57,326 bases of DNA, taken from positions 1 to 57,326 of the forward strand of contig DALYEI010000002.1 of assembly GCA_031972685.1 (NCBI GenBank), in the 5' to 3' direction. Under the pieces are notes generated by a model. That model was not told where the DNA came from. It saw only the letters and a program-made list of their open reading frames with translations, and did no database searches. Every line of letters begins with the position of its first letter. Position 1 is the first letter of the stretch. A program made the position numbers and the translations under genes. This document shows positions 10,111 to 19,592 of this stretch, in pieces. The DNA is from Minisyncoccota bacterium. Lineage in GTDB: Bacteria > Patescibacteriota > Minisyncoccia > Phycocordibacterales > UBA9973.

Positions 10111-11802
10111 ATGCACAGTGATTTCTTAAACCAAATTTTAATAAAGAGAGGATTAGAAGATAAAGAAGAAATAGAAAAATTTTTGAATCCAGACTATGAT
10201 CGAGATATGCTTGATCCTTTTTTGATGCGAGACATGAAGAAATCTTGTGAAAGGATTTATAAGGCTATCAAAGAAAATCAGAAAATCGTTATTTATGCGG
10301 ATTATGATTGCGACGGTATTCCGGGAGCTGTGATACTTTCGGATTTATTTAAGAAAATTAATTATCCTAATTTTGAAGTTTATATACCTGAGCGAAATTC
10401 TGAGGGTTATGGACTTAATATGGAAGCGATTGAAGATTTTCGAATTCGAGGAGTAAATTTAATTATTACTATAGATTTAGGTATTACTGCTATAGAAGAA
10501 GTATCTCTCGCTAACTCTTACGGTATCGACGTAGTTATCACTGATCATCACTTGCCTCGTCATAGCTTCGGTGAAGGGGGGATTGATTCTTTAGATTTGC
10601 CTAAAGCTTACGCAATCCTTAATCCTAAGGTTGATGAATATACTGAGAAAATGCTCTGTGGCTCGGGAGTTATTTTTAAACTAGTAGAAGGTTTTCTAAA
10701 AAGATATGGAGAAGAATTTGGAATTAATATTGGTTGGGAGAAATGGCTTCTTGATATGGCGGGACTTGCGACCCTATCCGATATGGTTCCGCTCGTAGGA
10801 GAGAATAGAACTATCGCTTACTACGGGATGAAAGTTTTGCATAAATCTCGTCGTCCAGGGTTACAACAACTTTTAAAAATTATGAAAATAGATCAGAAAA
10901 CTTTATCGACTACTGACGTAACCTTTATGATAACTCCGCGTATTAATGCTGCTTCGCGTATGGATAGCCCGATGCGAGCTTTTGAGTTACTTGCAACTTC
11001 GGATGAGGTAGAAGGTGGAATGCTAGCAACTCATTTATCTAAAATCAACGATGAGCGTAAAAATATAGTTCTTCATATAATGAAAGAAGTTAAAAAGCAT
11101 TTTGAAAAACGTGAAGATCTAAGGGATTTACCGGTAATAGTTATTGGTAATCCAGCTTGGAAAGTAGGAGTGCTCGGTATCGTCGCGGGAAAAGTAGTAG
11201 AAGAATACGATAAAGTAGTTTTTGTTTGGGGTAAAGATGAAAACGATATTATCAAAGGTTCTTGCCGAGCGAAAGAGGGTATTTCGATTGTAGAGCTTAT
11301 GAGTAATACTAAAGAGCATTTCAAGGAATACGGAGGGCACGAGCTCGCTGGAGGATTCTCGGTAGAGCATGATAAAATTCATTTCTTAGAAGAAGCCTTA
11401 AATCAAAGCTATAAGGAAATCAAAGTTCTTAATAAAGAAGAGCCTCATCATATTGCTTACGATATGAAGCTCACTCTTAGAGACGTGAATATGAAAAACT
11501 GGCGAGAGTTAGATAAGATGGAGCCTTTTGGACTTGGGAATCCTATACCGGTTTTCCTTTTTGAAAATGTTAAAATTGAAAAAATCAAAAAGTTTGGTAA
11601 AAACGGTTCTGGTGAGCATTTAGAATTTACTTTTAGTGATAATACTAAAAGAGGAATGATCGCTATTTCGTTTTTTAGTGATGAGAACTCTTTTTCTCGT
11701 AAAATTATAGATGGTGGTATAGTAAACCTCCTCGCATCCTTCGACCTTTCTCGTTTCCGCGGCCGCGAAGAGCTAAGATTAAGAATTGTTGATATAATAT
11801 AA
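10111..11802 (+). CDS. recJ: single-stranded-DNA-specific exonuclease RecJ
   Basis: DHH motifs (YADYDCDG, ITDHH) and a DHHA1-like GGHELAGG. Length 563 aa. Confidence 0.85.
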   Translation: MHSDFLNQILIKRGLEDKEEIEKFLNPDYDRDMLDPFLMRDMKKSCERIYKAIKENQKIVIYADYDCDGIPGAVILSDLFKKINYPNFEVYIPERNSEGYGLNMEAIEDFRIRGVNLIITIDLGITAIEEVSLANSYGIDVVITDHHLPRHSFGEGGIDSLDLPKAYAILNPKVDEYTEKMLCGSGVIFKLVEGFLKRYGEEFGINIGWEKWLLDMAGLATLSDMVPLVGENRTIAYYGMKVLHKSRRPGLQQLLKIMKIDQKTLSTTDVTFMITPRINAASRMDSPMRAFELLATSDEVEGGMLATHLSKINDERKNIVLHIMKEVKKHFEKREDLRDLPVIVIGNPAWKVGVLGIVAGKVVEEYDKVVFVWGKDENDIIKGSCRAKEGISIVELMSNTKEHFKEYGGHELAGGFSVEHDKIHFLEEALNQSYKEIKVLNKEEPHHIAYDMKLTLRDVNMKNWRELDKMEPFGLGNPIPVFLFENVKIEKIKKFGKNGSGEHLEFTFSDNTKRGMIAISFFSDENSFSRKIIDGGIVNLLASFDLSRFRGREELRLRIVDII

Positions 11803-11804
11803 CT

Positions 11805-12281
11805 ATGCAAAAGATTACAATTTATACCGACGGGGCGGCGAGGGGGAATCCGGGGCCTTGTGGTTGGGGAGTTTTGATTATTTTAGAAGGAAAAGAAATA
11901 GAGCTCGGAGGATACGGAGGAGAGAGAGGTACGAATAATCAGATGGAACTAACTGCGCCAATAGAAGCTTTGAAATATTTGAAAAGTCTCTCCGTTAGGC
12001 AAGGCCTAGCGATAGAAGAAGTAAAAATATATTCAGATTCGAAATACGTTATCAACGGTATTACAGATTGGGTTTTTAATTGGATAAAGAATAATTGGAA
12101 GAACGCAGCTAAAAAACCAGTTTTAAATAAAGAACTTTGGGTAGAGTTATATGAACTTAATCAAGAATTCAAACCTAAATGGGAATACGTAGCAGGGCAT
12201 AGTGGGCACAAGGAGAACGATAGAGTAGACGAAATAGCGACAAGTTTCGCAGATCAAATACATATAGATTTAAAAAAATAA
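11805..12281 (+). CDS. rnhA: ribonuclease HI
   Basis: IYTDGAARGNPGP, NNQMELTA, SDSKYV and GHSGHKENDRVDEIA motifs. Confidence 0.88.
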   Translation: MQKITIYTDGAARGNPGPCGWGVLIILEGKEIELGGYGGERGTNNQMELTAPIEALKYLKSLSVRQGLAIEEVKIYSDSKYVINGITDWVFNWIKNNWKNAAKKPVLNKELWVELYELNQEFKPKWEYVAGHSGHKENDRVDEIATSFADQIHIDLKK

Positions 12282-12290
12282 TTTTAATTT

Positions 12291-13763
12291 ATGTTAGATA
12301 GAATATTTTATTCTATAAGCTTAGGTTTTATTTCTGGAATATTTTTAAGTTCTATTTTTATTTTAAATATTTATTTAATTTTACTTTTGATATTTTTATC
12401 TTTAGTTTTTTTATTAGTATTTAAATATTTTATTTTTAATAAATGGGGCATAGTAGCCTCATTTTTCTTTTTATTTATATTTTTAGGAATTTCGTATTTT
12501 TCATTTTTTGAAAATAAGATTGTTTATGATTTAGATGATTCCTTAAATCAAAAAGTTTCTTTGAATGCGAAAATCGTAAATGATATAGAAGTTAGAGATT
12601 TAGATACGAGATTCATAGTTAAGGTTTCAGGTAAAAAATCTAAGATTTTAGTAAAGACTGAAAGCAAAAGTGAGTTTAATTACGGAGATATTGTTCTCAT
12701 TGAAGGGAAATTAGAAAAGCCTCAAAACTTTATAACTGATAACGGTAAAGAATTTGATTATGTGAACTATCTTAAAAAGGACAAGGTTTTATACACTTTA
12801 AAAGTTGATAAAATCAAGATTTTAGAAAATAATCAAGGCAACCTTATCAAAAGCTTTCTATATAATATTAAAAATACTTTTTTAGCTAAGGTTAATAATT
12901 TGATTTTTCCTTACGAGTCGACTTTACTCGGCGGGTTAATCTTAGGAGAGAAATCTTCTTTCCCTGAGCATTTGCGAGAAGATTTTATTAAAACTGGGAC
13001 GATTCATATCGTAGCTTTATCAGGGTATAACGTTACGATTATTTCGCAGTGGTTTATGAAATTACTTTATTTTTTACCTGCCTTGTTTGCTTTTTATGGA
13101 GGAATACTAGTGATTATTTTCTTCGTAATTATGACCGGAGGAGAAGCGACTGCGGTGCGGGCGGGGATTATGGCTATACTTGTACTCGTTGCTCGGAATC
13201 TAGGTAGACCTTATGATGTATTGCGAGCTATTCTGGTCACTATAGTTTTAATGCTTTTATTTAATCCGTATTTGCTTTATTTTGATGTATCTTTCCAACT
13301 TTCTTTTATTTCGACTATTGCAGTTATATTCCTAACTCCGAGAATAGAAAAGTATTTTCAATTTATTACTCCTTTTTTTAATCTGCGAGATATCGTATCA
13401 GTAACTTTTTCGGCATATATATTCGTATTGCCCTTCGTTTTATATAAAATGGGAAATTTATCTTTAGTTGCTTTACCCGCAAATATTTTAGTTTTACCCT
13501 TTATCCCTATCACTATGCTACTAGGATTTTTAAGTGGAGTTTTCGCTTTAGTCTCTTTTTATTTAGCTTTACCTTTTGCTTATATAACGCACCTTTTCTT
13601 GTATTATGAATTAAGTATTATTAAGCTTTTTGCCTCTCTACCTTTTTCTTCTTTCATTATTCCAAATTTTCCACTAATAATAACTATTTTAATTTACCTG
13701 TATTTTATATATTTTCTTTTTGGTACTGGAATTAAAGACTTTTTTAAAGAGAACTTTACTTAG
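12291..13763 (+). CDS. comEC: ComEC/Rec2 DNA-uptake channel, N-terminal OB plus competence domains only
   Basis: Polytopic membrane protein with ESTLLGGLILGEK and IHIVALSGYNV competence-domain signatures. No metallo-beta-lactamase domain in this ORF. Confidence 0.8.
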   Translation: MLDRIFYSISLGFISGIFLSSIFILNIYLILLLIFLSLVFLLVFKYFIFNKWGIVASFFFLFIFLGISYFSFFENKIVYDLDDSLNQKVSLNAKIVNDIEVRDLDTRFIVKVSGKKSKILVKTESKSEFNYGDIVLIEGKLEKPQNFITDNGKEFDYVNYLKKDKVLYTLKVDKIKILENNQGNLIKSFLYNIKNTFLAKVNNLIFPYESTLLGGLILGEKSSFPEHLREDFIKTGTIHIVALSGYNVTIISQWFMKLLYFLPALFAFYGGILVIIFFVIMTGGEATAVRAGIMAILVLVARNLGRPYDVLRAILVTIVLMLLFNPYLLYFDVSFQLSFISTIAVIFLTPRIEKYFQFITPFFNLRDIVSVTFSAYIFVLPFVLYKMGNLSLVALPANILVLPFIPITMLLGFLSGVFALVSFYLALPFAYITHLFLYYELSIIKLFASLPFSSFIIPNFPLIITILIYLYFIYFLFGTGIKDFFKENFT

Positions 13764-13954
13764 TATGGAATTCGTGTTATTCTGTAGTTGAATATATTCA
13801 ATCATTATAAAATTTTTTTCCCATGAAAAAAATACTTTCGTTCTTTAAACCGTTTTTTATTCTTTTTCGATTCTTAAGAATCAAAAAAAGAAAGATTATC
13901 CGTAACGTCGACGGAATTAAAAGTGGTTACGATCACTGGTTAGGAATTTAAAAC

Positions 13955-13986
13955 GCTCGGAAAAATCATAAATGATTTTTCCGAGC
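13955..13986. terminator. bidirectional hairpin between the comEC region and the sod gene
   Basis: Perfect 15-nt arms gctcggaaaaatcat / atgatttttccgagc, flanked by A/T runs on both sides. Confidence 0.6.
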
Positions 13987-13990
13987 AATT

Positions 13991-14596
13991 TTATTTTACA
14001 GCGTTTTTGAAATTATTTTCGATTTTTTCCCAATTTAAGTTTTCAAAAAAAGCATCTATGTATTTTTTCTTTTCAGAGGTAGGATAGTCGTATACGTAAG
14101 CATGCTCCCACATATCGATTCCGAGAACCATAGTAGTATTATTGAGTTGACCTAAGTGTTGCTCATCAATCCAAGAAGTCATTAATATATCTCGTTCGCT
14201 ATTGTACCAAAGACTTGCCCAGCCGATACCTCTCGTAAGAGCGAGAGTTTTAAAGTCCTCCAAGAATTCTGCAAAGCTTCCGAAATCCTCTACTATTTTT
14301 TTATATAGATTACTTTCCATATTGATTTCACGAGGTCCATCGCTTAGAGAATCGAAATATAATTCGTGATTTTTCATACCGTTATATTCAAAAGAAAATC
14401 TTCGGTATAATTCGTTGATCACATACGGAGCAAAAGAATCTTCTGCTACGTAACCTCTATACTCTTTAATTTTTTCTAAAATAGTATTTGTATTTTTTAC
14501 ATATCCAGAATAGAGTTTTAAATGCTCTTCGATATTTTTAGCACTTATGCCTTTAAGTTCACCTATGTTAAATTGTTGTTCTTCGAATTTTTTCAT
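13991..14596 (-). CDS. Fe/Mn superoxide dismutase
   Basis: GIDMWEHAYVYDY metal-ligand motif and NHELYF. Length of 201 aa is typical. Confidence 0.88.
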   Translation of the reverse strand: MKKFEEQQFNIGELKGISAKNIEEHLKLYSGYVKNTNTILEKIKEYRGYVAEDSFAPYVINELYRRFSFEYNGMKNHELYFDSLSDGPREINMESNLYKKIVEDFGSFAEFLEDFKTLALTRGIGWASLWYNSERDILMTSWIDEQHLGQLNNTTMVLGIDMWEHAYVYDYPTSEKKKYIDAFFENLNWEKIENNFKNAVK

Positions 14597-14612
14597 ATGC
14601 TAATATTATAGC

Positions 14613-15476
14613 ATGAGAGAAAGTTTCCAAAAATACGGTTTGTTTTATCTAGCTATGTTTTTGGTAATTATTTTTATTCTAATTTTTGCTTTTAGTCTAG
14701 AGAATAAAAATAAAGATTTAACGTTTGCAATGCTCGATATTGGTCAAGGTGACGCTTTATTTATAAAGTCACCTACGGGAGTCGAAATACTTATAGATAG
14801 CGGAAGAGATAAAAGTGTTTTAAATGCTTTGCGAGAAGTTATGCCTTTTTGGGATCGGAGTATTGATATTGTGATTATGACGAATCCGGACTTAGATCAT
14901 ATCGGAGGATTTGAATATATTTTTGATTTATATAAAGTTGGTAAAGTTTTCGAGCCGGGTACTTATAATGATTCCGAAATTTATAAATTACTTGAAAAGA
15001 AAATGAAAGATAAAAATATCCCTCGTTATTTAGCTCGCAATGGTTTACGTATAGATATAGGTGACGGAGCTTATATAGATTTCCTTTTTCCTGATAGAGA
15101 CGTAGCGACTTGGGATAATAATGACGGATCGATAATAGCGAGACTGATTTATGGTAATAATTCTTTTATGCTAACAGGGGACGCAAGTAGTAAGACTGAG
15201 AAAATTGTACTTGAGAAATATAATCCTAAAGTTTTAGAAAGTGTTTTTTTAAAAGTAGGTCACCACGGTTCTCGTACTTCTACGAGTTCGGAATTTTTAG
15301 AAATTGTTCGTCCTAAATATGCTTTAATATCTCTAGGTAAAGATAATAGATACGGGCACCCTCACAAAGAAATAATAGACCGTTTGAGGCTATTAAATAT
15401 AGAGATTTTGCGTACTGATTTACTTGGGACAATAATACTTTCTTGTGATAAAATAGAATTATGCAAATTAAAATGA
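14613..15476 (+). CDS. membrane-anchored metallo-beta-lactamase domain protein (ComEC C-terminal-like)
   Basis: N-terminal TM helix, LDIGQGDALFI, NPDLDHIGG and KVGHHGSRTS motifs as in the ComEC Lactamase_B domain. It has its own TGcTAATAT element 6 nt upstream of the ATG. Confidence 0.8.
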   Translation: MRESFQKYGLFYLAMFLVIIFILIFAFSLENKNKDLTFAMLDIGQGDALFIKSPTGVEILIDSGRDKSVLNALREVMPFWDRSIDIVIMTNPDLDHIGGFEYIFDLYKVGKVFEPGTYNDSEIYKLLEKKMKDKNIPRYLARNGLRIDIGDGAYIDFLFPDRDVATWDNNDGSIIARLIYGNNSFMLTGDASSKTEKIVLEKYNPKVLESVFLKVGHHGSRTSTSSEFLEIVRPKYALISLGKDNRYGHPHKEIIDRLRLLNIEILRTDLLGTIILSCDKIELCKLK

Positions 15477-16738
15477 AAGATAAAAAAGTAGAAAAACTTA
15501 TTAAACTCGAAGCTAAAAGGCAAGCAGAAGGATTAGAATTAATCCCTTCTGAAAATTACGTATCCGAAGATGTTCTTCTTGCCAACGGTTCTATTTTTAC
15601 TAATAAATATTCCGAAGGTTACCCAGGACGACGTTATTACGGAGGGCAAGAATACACTGACGGAGTCGAAACTCTAGCGATAGAAAGAATCAAGAAACTT
15701 TTTAAATGTAAATTTGCAAACGTTCAAGCTCATTCTGGAGCGCCAGCGAATCTCGCAGTTTACTCTGCTTTGCTTTCTCCAGGGGATACAGTTCTCGGTA
15801 TGGATCTCTCTCACGGAGGGCATTTAACTCATGGGCATCCGATGACTCTTCCTGCGAAGATTTATAAATTCGTAACTTATAAAATGAAAGATGCGGACAC
15901 AGGGGAGATAGATTATGAAGATTTACGCAAGATGGCAAAAGAGCATAAACCGAAAATTATTCTTGCAGGATTCTCTGCTTATCCGAGAAATTTAAACTAT
16001 AAAAAATTCGTTGATATTGCGCGCGAAGTCGGAGCGATAACTGTTGCAGATATGGCTCACATCGCCGGACTGATTGCAGGAGGAGCGCTTCGTAATCCAT
16101 TCCTCGACGGTTTTGATATTATCACAAGTACAACTCATAAAACTCTAAGAGGTCCAAGAGGAGGAATTATTCTTACGAGAGATAACGAAGAAATAGCTAA
16201 GAAAATTGATAAAGCTATTTTCCCTGGAATTCAAGGTGGACCTCATATGCATATCATAGCCGCGAAAGCTGTAGCATTCGGAGAAGCCTTATCTCCGAAA
16301 TTTAAAGTTTACGCAAAACAAGTTTTAAAAAATGCAAAAGCTATGGAGAAGGTTTTGAAGCGTGAAGGAATCCGTATGATAGGAGGAGGGACTGATAATC
16401 ACCTAATCCTTGCTGACGTCTATGGATCACTTGGAGTTACCGGTAAAGAGGCTCAAACTGTCCTCGACGAAGTCGGCATAACTTTAAATATGAATTCTAT
16501 TGCCGGGGATACTCGGAAACCTCTTGATCCGTCAGGTATACGTTTTGGAACTCCAGCGATAACCACTAGAGGATTTAAAGAGACTGATTGCGAACGCGTT
16601 GCAGAGCTTATGATAGAAACTCTAAAAAATAAAGCCACTTCAACTTCGCTCAGTGCAAGTAAAAAAATAAAAACTAAAATCAAAGCCGAAATCAAAAAGT
16701 TAGCCCTAAAGCATCCAATCCCTAAGAAGTTCGTATAA
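15461..16738 (+). CDS. glyA: serine hydroxymethyltransferase
   Basis: LIPSENY, SGAPAN and the PLP-lysine motif TTHKTLRGPRGG. An alternative start exists at 15473. Confidence 0.92.
   Translation: MQIKMKDKKVEKLIKLEAKRQAEGLELIPSENYVSEDVLLANGSIFTNKYSEGYPGRRYYGGQEYTDGVETLAIERIKKLFKCKFANVQAHSGAPANLAVYSALLSPGDTVLGMDLSHGGHLTHGHPMTLPAKIYKFVTYKMKDADTGEIDYEDLRKMAKEHKPKIILAGFSAYPRNLNYKKFVDIAREVGAITVADMAHIAGLIAGGALRNPFLDGFDIITSTTHKTLRGPRGGIILTRDNEEIAKKIDKAIFPGIQGGPHMHIIAAKAVAFGEALSPKFKVYAKQVLKNAKAMEKVLKREGIRMIGGGTDNHLILADVYGSLGVTGKEAQTVLDEVGITLNMNSIAGDTRKPLDPSGIRFGTPAITTRGFKETDCERVAELMIETLKNKATSTSLSASKKIKTKIKAEIKKLALKHPIPKKFV
16636..16659 (+). repeat. 24-mer CACTTCAACTTCGCTCAGTGCAAG inside the glyA 3' region
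   Basis: 23/24 identical to 21676-21699 in the ileS leader. It encodes the TSTSLSAS segment. Confidence 0.7.
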
Positions 16739-16760
16739 AGATATCAATATTATCAATGTA

Positions 16761-16789
16761 TTGACATTGTAATTACATTAGATTAATAT
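16761..16789 (+). promoter_or_regulatory. sigma70-type promoter with embedded palindromic operator
   Basis: TTGACA (16761-16766), a 17-nt spacer and TAATAT (16784-16789), with the ATG 6 nt downstream. The spacer contains the perfect palindrome TGTAATTACA (16768-16777). Confidence 0.6.
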
Positions 16790-16795
16790 ATAAAT

Positions 16796-17065
16796 ATGGC
16801 TATACAAAATACAACAATTCAAATACGCCTCGATGAAAAAACTAAAAAAAATGCTCAAAAGGCTTTCGAGTCATTAGGTTTAGATATTTCTTCAGGGATA
16901 AAAGTTTTTATCAATCAAGTTATTAAAGATCAAGCAATACCTTTTATAATTGCTCGCGACCCTAAAAAGATAAGAGCAAAATGGGACAAAGAAGTTGCTC
17001 ATACTTTAAAATACGGTAAAAGTTATACTTCTATAGATAAAATGTTTGATGATATTTTAAAATAA
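16796..17065 (+). CDS. dinJ: RelB/DinJ-family antitoxin
   Basis: IQIRLDEKTKKNAQKAFESLGLDISSGIKVFINQVIKDQAIPF is a typical DinJ ribbon-helix-helix N-terminus. Confidence 0.8.
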   Translation: MAIQNTTIQIRLDEKTKKNAQKAFESLGLDISSGIKVFINQVIKDQAIPFIIARDPKKIRAKWDKEVAHTLKYGKSYTSIDKMFDDILK

Positions 17066-17069
17066 TTTT

Positions 17070-17344
17070 ATGTATTCTGCTTTTTATACAAAAAGATTCA
17101 GTAAGTCTTTAAAGAAAATAGAAAAAGCAGGTTTTTATGATATTAATATTATTCGAGATTTTATTAAATTATTATCTAGTGGTAAGAAATTAGATTCAAA
17201 ATATCGAGATCATAAACTAACAGGAGATTATGAAGGATATAGAGAATGCCATATAAAACCGGATTTACTTTTGATTTATCAAATTAAAGATAAAGAGTTG
17301 TTTTGGTCTTAATAGATATTGGTTCGCATAGTGAATTATTTTAA
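17070..17344 (+). pseudogene. yafQ: YafQ-family mRNA interferase toxin, frameshifted in a T-run
   Basis: The track ORF ends at 17312 as KDKELFWS*. The +1 frame from 17303 reads LVLIDIGSHSELF*, the conserved YafQ C-terminus, so one base appears missing in the TTTT run at 17301-17304. Confidence 0.7.
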
Positions 17345-17383
17345 AATATGCGTTTTAAAAGAAATTCTGCTAAAGTATAAGTA

Positions 17384-17932
17384 ATGATAGAAGTTGAAAA
17401 AAAGTTTATACCGACGGTTGAGAATTTAGAAATTCTTTTAAAAGATGTGGAATTTTTAGGTGAAGTTGTAAATCATGATATTGCATATGATTATCCTGAT
17501 TTAAGATTCTTGAAAGCAGGTAATATTGTTTTGCGTAATAGGAATGGAAATTTTGAATTAAAAATAAGACAAGCCCAAGGTATAAATATAGAGATTGAAG
17601 ATAGAAAAGAAATAGAAAAATATTTTAACACTTTTAATTTAGAAGAATTTATAAACAAAAATTTAATAATTGCTATAGAGTATAAAACAATAAGAAAGAA
17701 ATATAAAAAAGACGGCTTCATTATTGATATCGACGAGATGGAGTTTGGATATAAGGTAGGGGAGATTGAGCTTATGGTAGATAAAGAAGAAGATGTAAAA
17801 AATGCCGAAGAAAAAATTTATCAATTTGCATTAAGTAATAAATTAGAACTAAAATCAAATTTTTCTAAAAAAAGAGAATATTTAAAAAAATTTAAACCAG
17901 ATTTATACAAAGAAATTTATGAAAAAAATTAA
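17384..17932 (+). CDS. CYTH-domain protein
   Basis: N-terminal EVEKKF (ExExK) signature and alternating acidic/basic beta-strand pattern. Confidence 0.6.
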   Translation: MIEVEKKFIPTVENLEILLKDVEFLGEVVNHDIAYDYPDLRFLKAGNIVLRNRNGNFELKIRQAQGINIEIEDRKEIEKYFNTFNLEEFINKNLIIAIEYKTIRKKYKKDGFIIDIDEMEFGYKVGEIELMVDKEEDVKNAEEKIYQFALSNKLELKSNFSKKREYLKKFKPDLYKEIYEKN

Positions 17933-18614
17933 AGGGAAATTGATAGTTATAGACGGTACGGACGGAAGCGGGAAGGCGACTCAGGTAGAGCTTTTAGCTA
18001 AACGGTTAAAAGCTGAAGGTAAAAAGGTGGCCTTAGTGGACTTTCCAGAATATTATAAGAATTTCTTTGGGAAATTTATTGGGCATTGTTTATCTGAGCA
18101 GTATTATAATTTTATTAATGTGCATCCGAAAATTGCTTCGGTGATTTACGCAGCTGATCGTTTTGAATCCAGCAAAGAGATAAATAATTATTTAGAGAAA
18201 GGGTATATCGTCCTCGCGAATCGTTACGTATCTGCAAATCAGATTCATCAAGGAGGGAAAATCAAAAGTGCGAAAAAGAGAGCGGAATTTATAAAATGGT
18301 TAGATGAGATGGAATACGGAGTTTTTAAGATTCCTAAACCTAATCTAGTTTTATATTTATCTGTGCCACTTGATTTGTCTTTAAAAATGATGAAAGAAAG
18401 AAATAAGAATTCTAAGAGGAATTATGTAGGGAATAAGAAAGACGTTCACGAAGTAGATACTGATTTTCAGAAAAATTCTCGTGCGAGCGCACTTTGGCTC
18501 TCTAGTTATCTCAAAAATTTTATTAAAATAGATTGTAGTGATAAAAAGGGAATTAAAACTCGCGAAGACATTCACGAAGAAGTTTATAAATTAGTAAAGA
18601 AAGTAGTTAAATAA
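17919..18614 (+). CDS. tmk: thymidylate kinase
   Basis: P-loop IDGTDGSGKATQ and the DRF / ANRY motifs. The start overlaps the CYTH gene end by 14 nt. Confidence 0.85.
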   Translation: MKKIKGKLIVIDGTDGSGKATQVELLAKRLKAEGKKVALVDFPEYYKNFFGKFIGHCLSEQYYNFINVHPKIASVIYAADRFESSKEINNYLEKGYIVLANRYVSANQIHQGGKIKSAKKRAEFIKWLDEMEYGVFKIPKPNLVLYLSVPLDLSLKMMKERNKNSKRNYVGNKKDVHEVDTDFQKNSRASALWLSSYLKNFIKIDCSDKKGIKTREDIHEEVYKLVKKVVK

Positions 18615-18617
18615 ATT

Positions 18618-19127
18618 ATGAAAATTCCAATAGTAAATGAACAGGATGAGATAATAGGATATAAAGAAAGAGAAGAAACTACTCCTAAAGATATTCGTCG
18701 AATCGTTGGTCTCGATGTGTTAAATGAAAAAGGAGAAGTTCTCGTAGCTAAAAGGAATCTAGACAAAAAAATAGATCCAAATCTTTGGGGCCCTTCTGTT
18801 GCTGGAACTGTCGATGAAGGTTTTAATTATGATGAAACAGTTTTAAAAGAAGCCGAAGAAGAAATTGGTCTTTTTGATGTTAAACCAGTATTTTTAAAAA
18901 AATATTTTTATGAAACTCCTAAATCTAGACGTTGGTGTCAGAGATATTATGTGATTATAAATAGTAAAGAAAGAGAATTAAAAAGACAAGAATCAGAAGT
19001 TGCTGAATTAAAGTGGGTAAGTATAGAAGATTTAGAAAAATGGTGGAAAGAAAAACCAGAAGAATTTATACCAAGTTTTGAAAGAACACTTGATTTTATT
19101 AAAGAAGTTTATAAAAAAGAATTTTAA
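18618..19127 (+). CDS. Nudix hydrolase
   Basis: Nudix box GPSVAGTVDEGFNYDETVLKEAEEEIG. Confidence 0.8.
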   Translation: MKIPIVNEQDEIIGYKEREETTPKDIRRIVGLDVLNEKGEVLVAKRNLDKKIDPNLWGPSVAGTVDEGFNYDETVLKEAEEEIGLFDVKPVFLKKYFYETPKSRRWCQRYYVIINSKERELKRQESEVAELKWVSIEDLEKWWKEKPEEFIPSFERTLDFIKEVYKKEF

Positions 19128-19162
19128 TTTAAAATTTCTTTAATTTGTGTTATTGTAAGGGT

Positions 19163-19591
19163 ATGCAAGTTAAGATCAAAAGAATAGATAAAAGTTTACC
19201 GATGCCGGAATATCAGACTAGCGGAGCTGTGGCTTTTGATTTATACTCTCGTTTGGATTTTGTTATTAAACCTAAAACTTTAGAGAGATTGCCTACCAAC
19301 GTAATAATCGCGATACCGAAAGGTTATATGCTTGAGATTAAAGACCGTTCTAGTACTTTGAAGAAAAAGGGGCTGCTTGTTAGTACTGGATATATTGATA
19401 ATGATTATTGCGGAGAAAACGATGAGATACTTTTGCAAGTTTATAATATTACTGACTCTGATGTAGTTGTTGAAAAAGGAGAACGTTTAGGTCAGGGAGC
19501 TTTTGTGAGAGTAGATATAGGAGAATGGGAAGAAGTTGAAAATATGAGCGAGCAAAGTCGAGGAGGATTTGGAAGTACAGGACATAAATAA
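19163..19591 (+). CDS. dut: dUTP diphosphatase
   Basis: GYIDNDYCGE and RGGFGSTG motifs. The start was set at MQVKIKR, 6 nt downstream of TGtTATTGT (19148-19156). Confidence 0.85.
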   Translation: MQVKIKRIDKSLPMPEYQTSGAVAFDLYSRLDFVIKPKTLERLPTNVIIAIPKGYMLEIKDRSSTLKKKGLLVSTGYIDNDYCGENDEILLQVYNITDSDVVVEKGERLGQGAFVRVDIGEWEEVENMSEQSRGGFGSTGHK

Positions 19592-19592
19592 A

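Noticed and set aside
13823-13951. 42-codon ORF (MKKILSFFKPFFILFRFLRIKKRKIIRNVDGIKSGYDHWLGI) between comEC and the bidirectional terminator
   Set aside because: It could be a small membrane peptide, but no conservation or start signal can be assessed, and in AT-rich DNA such ORFs arise easily. It is not listed as a feature.
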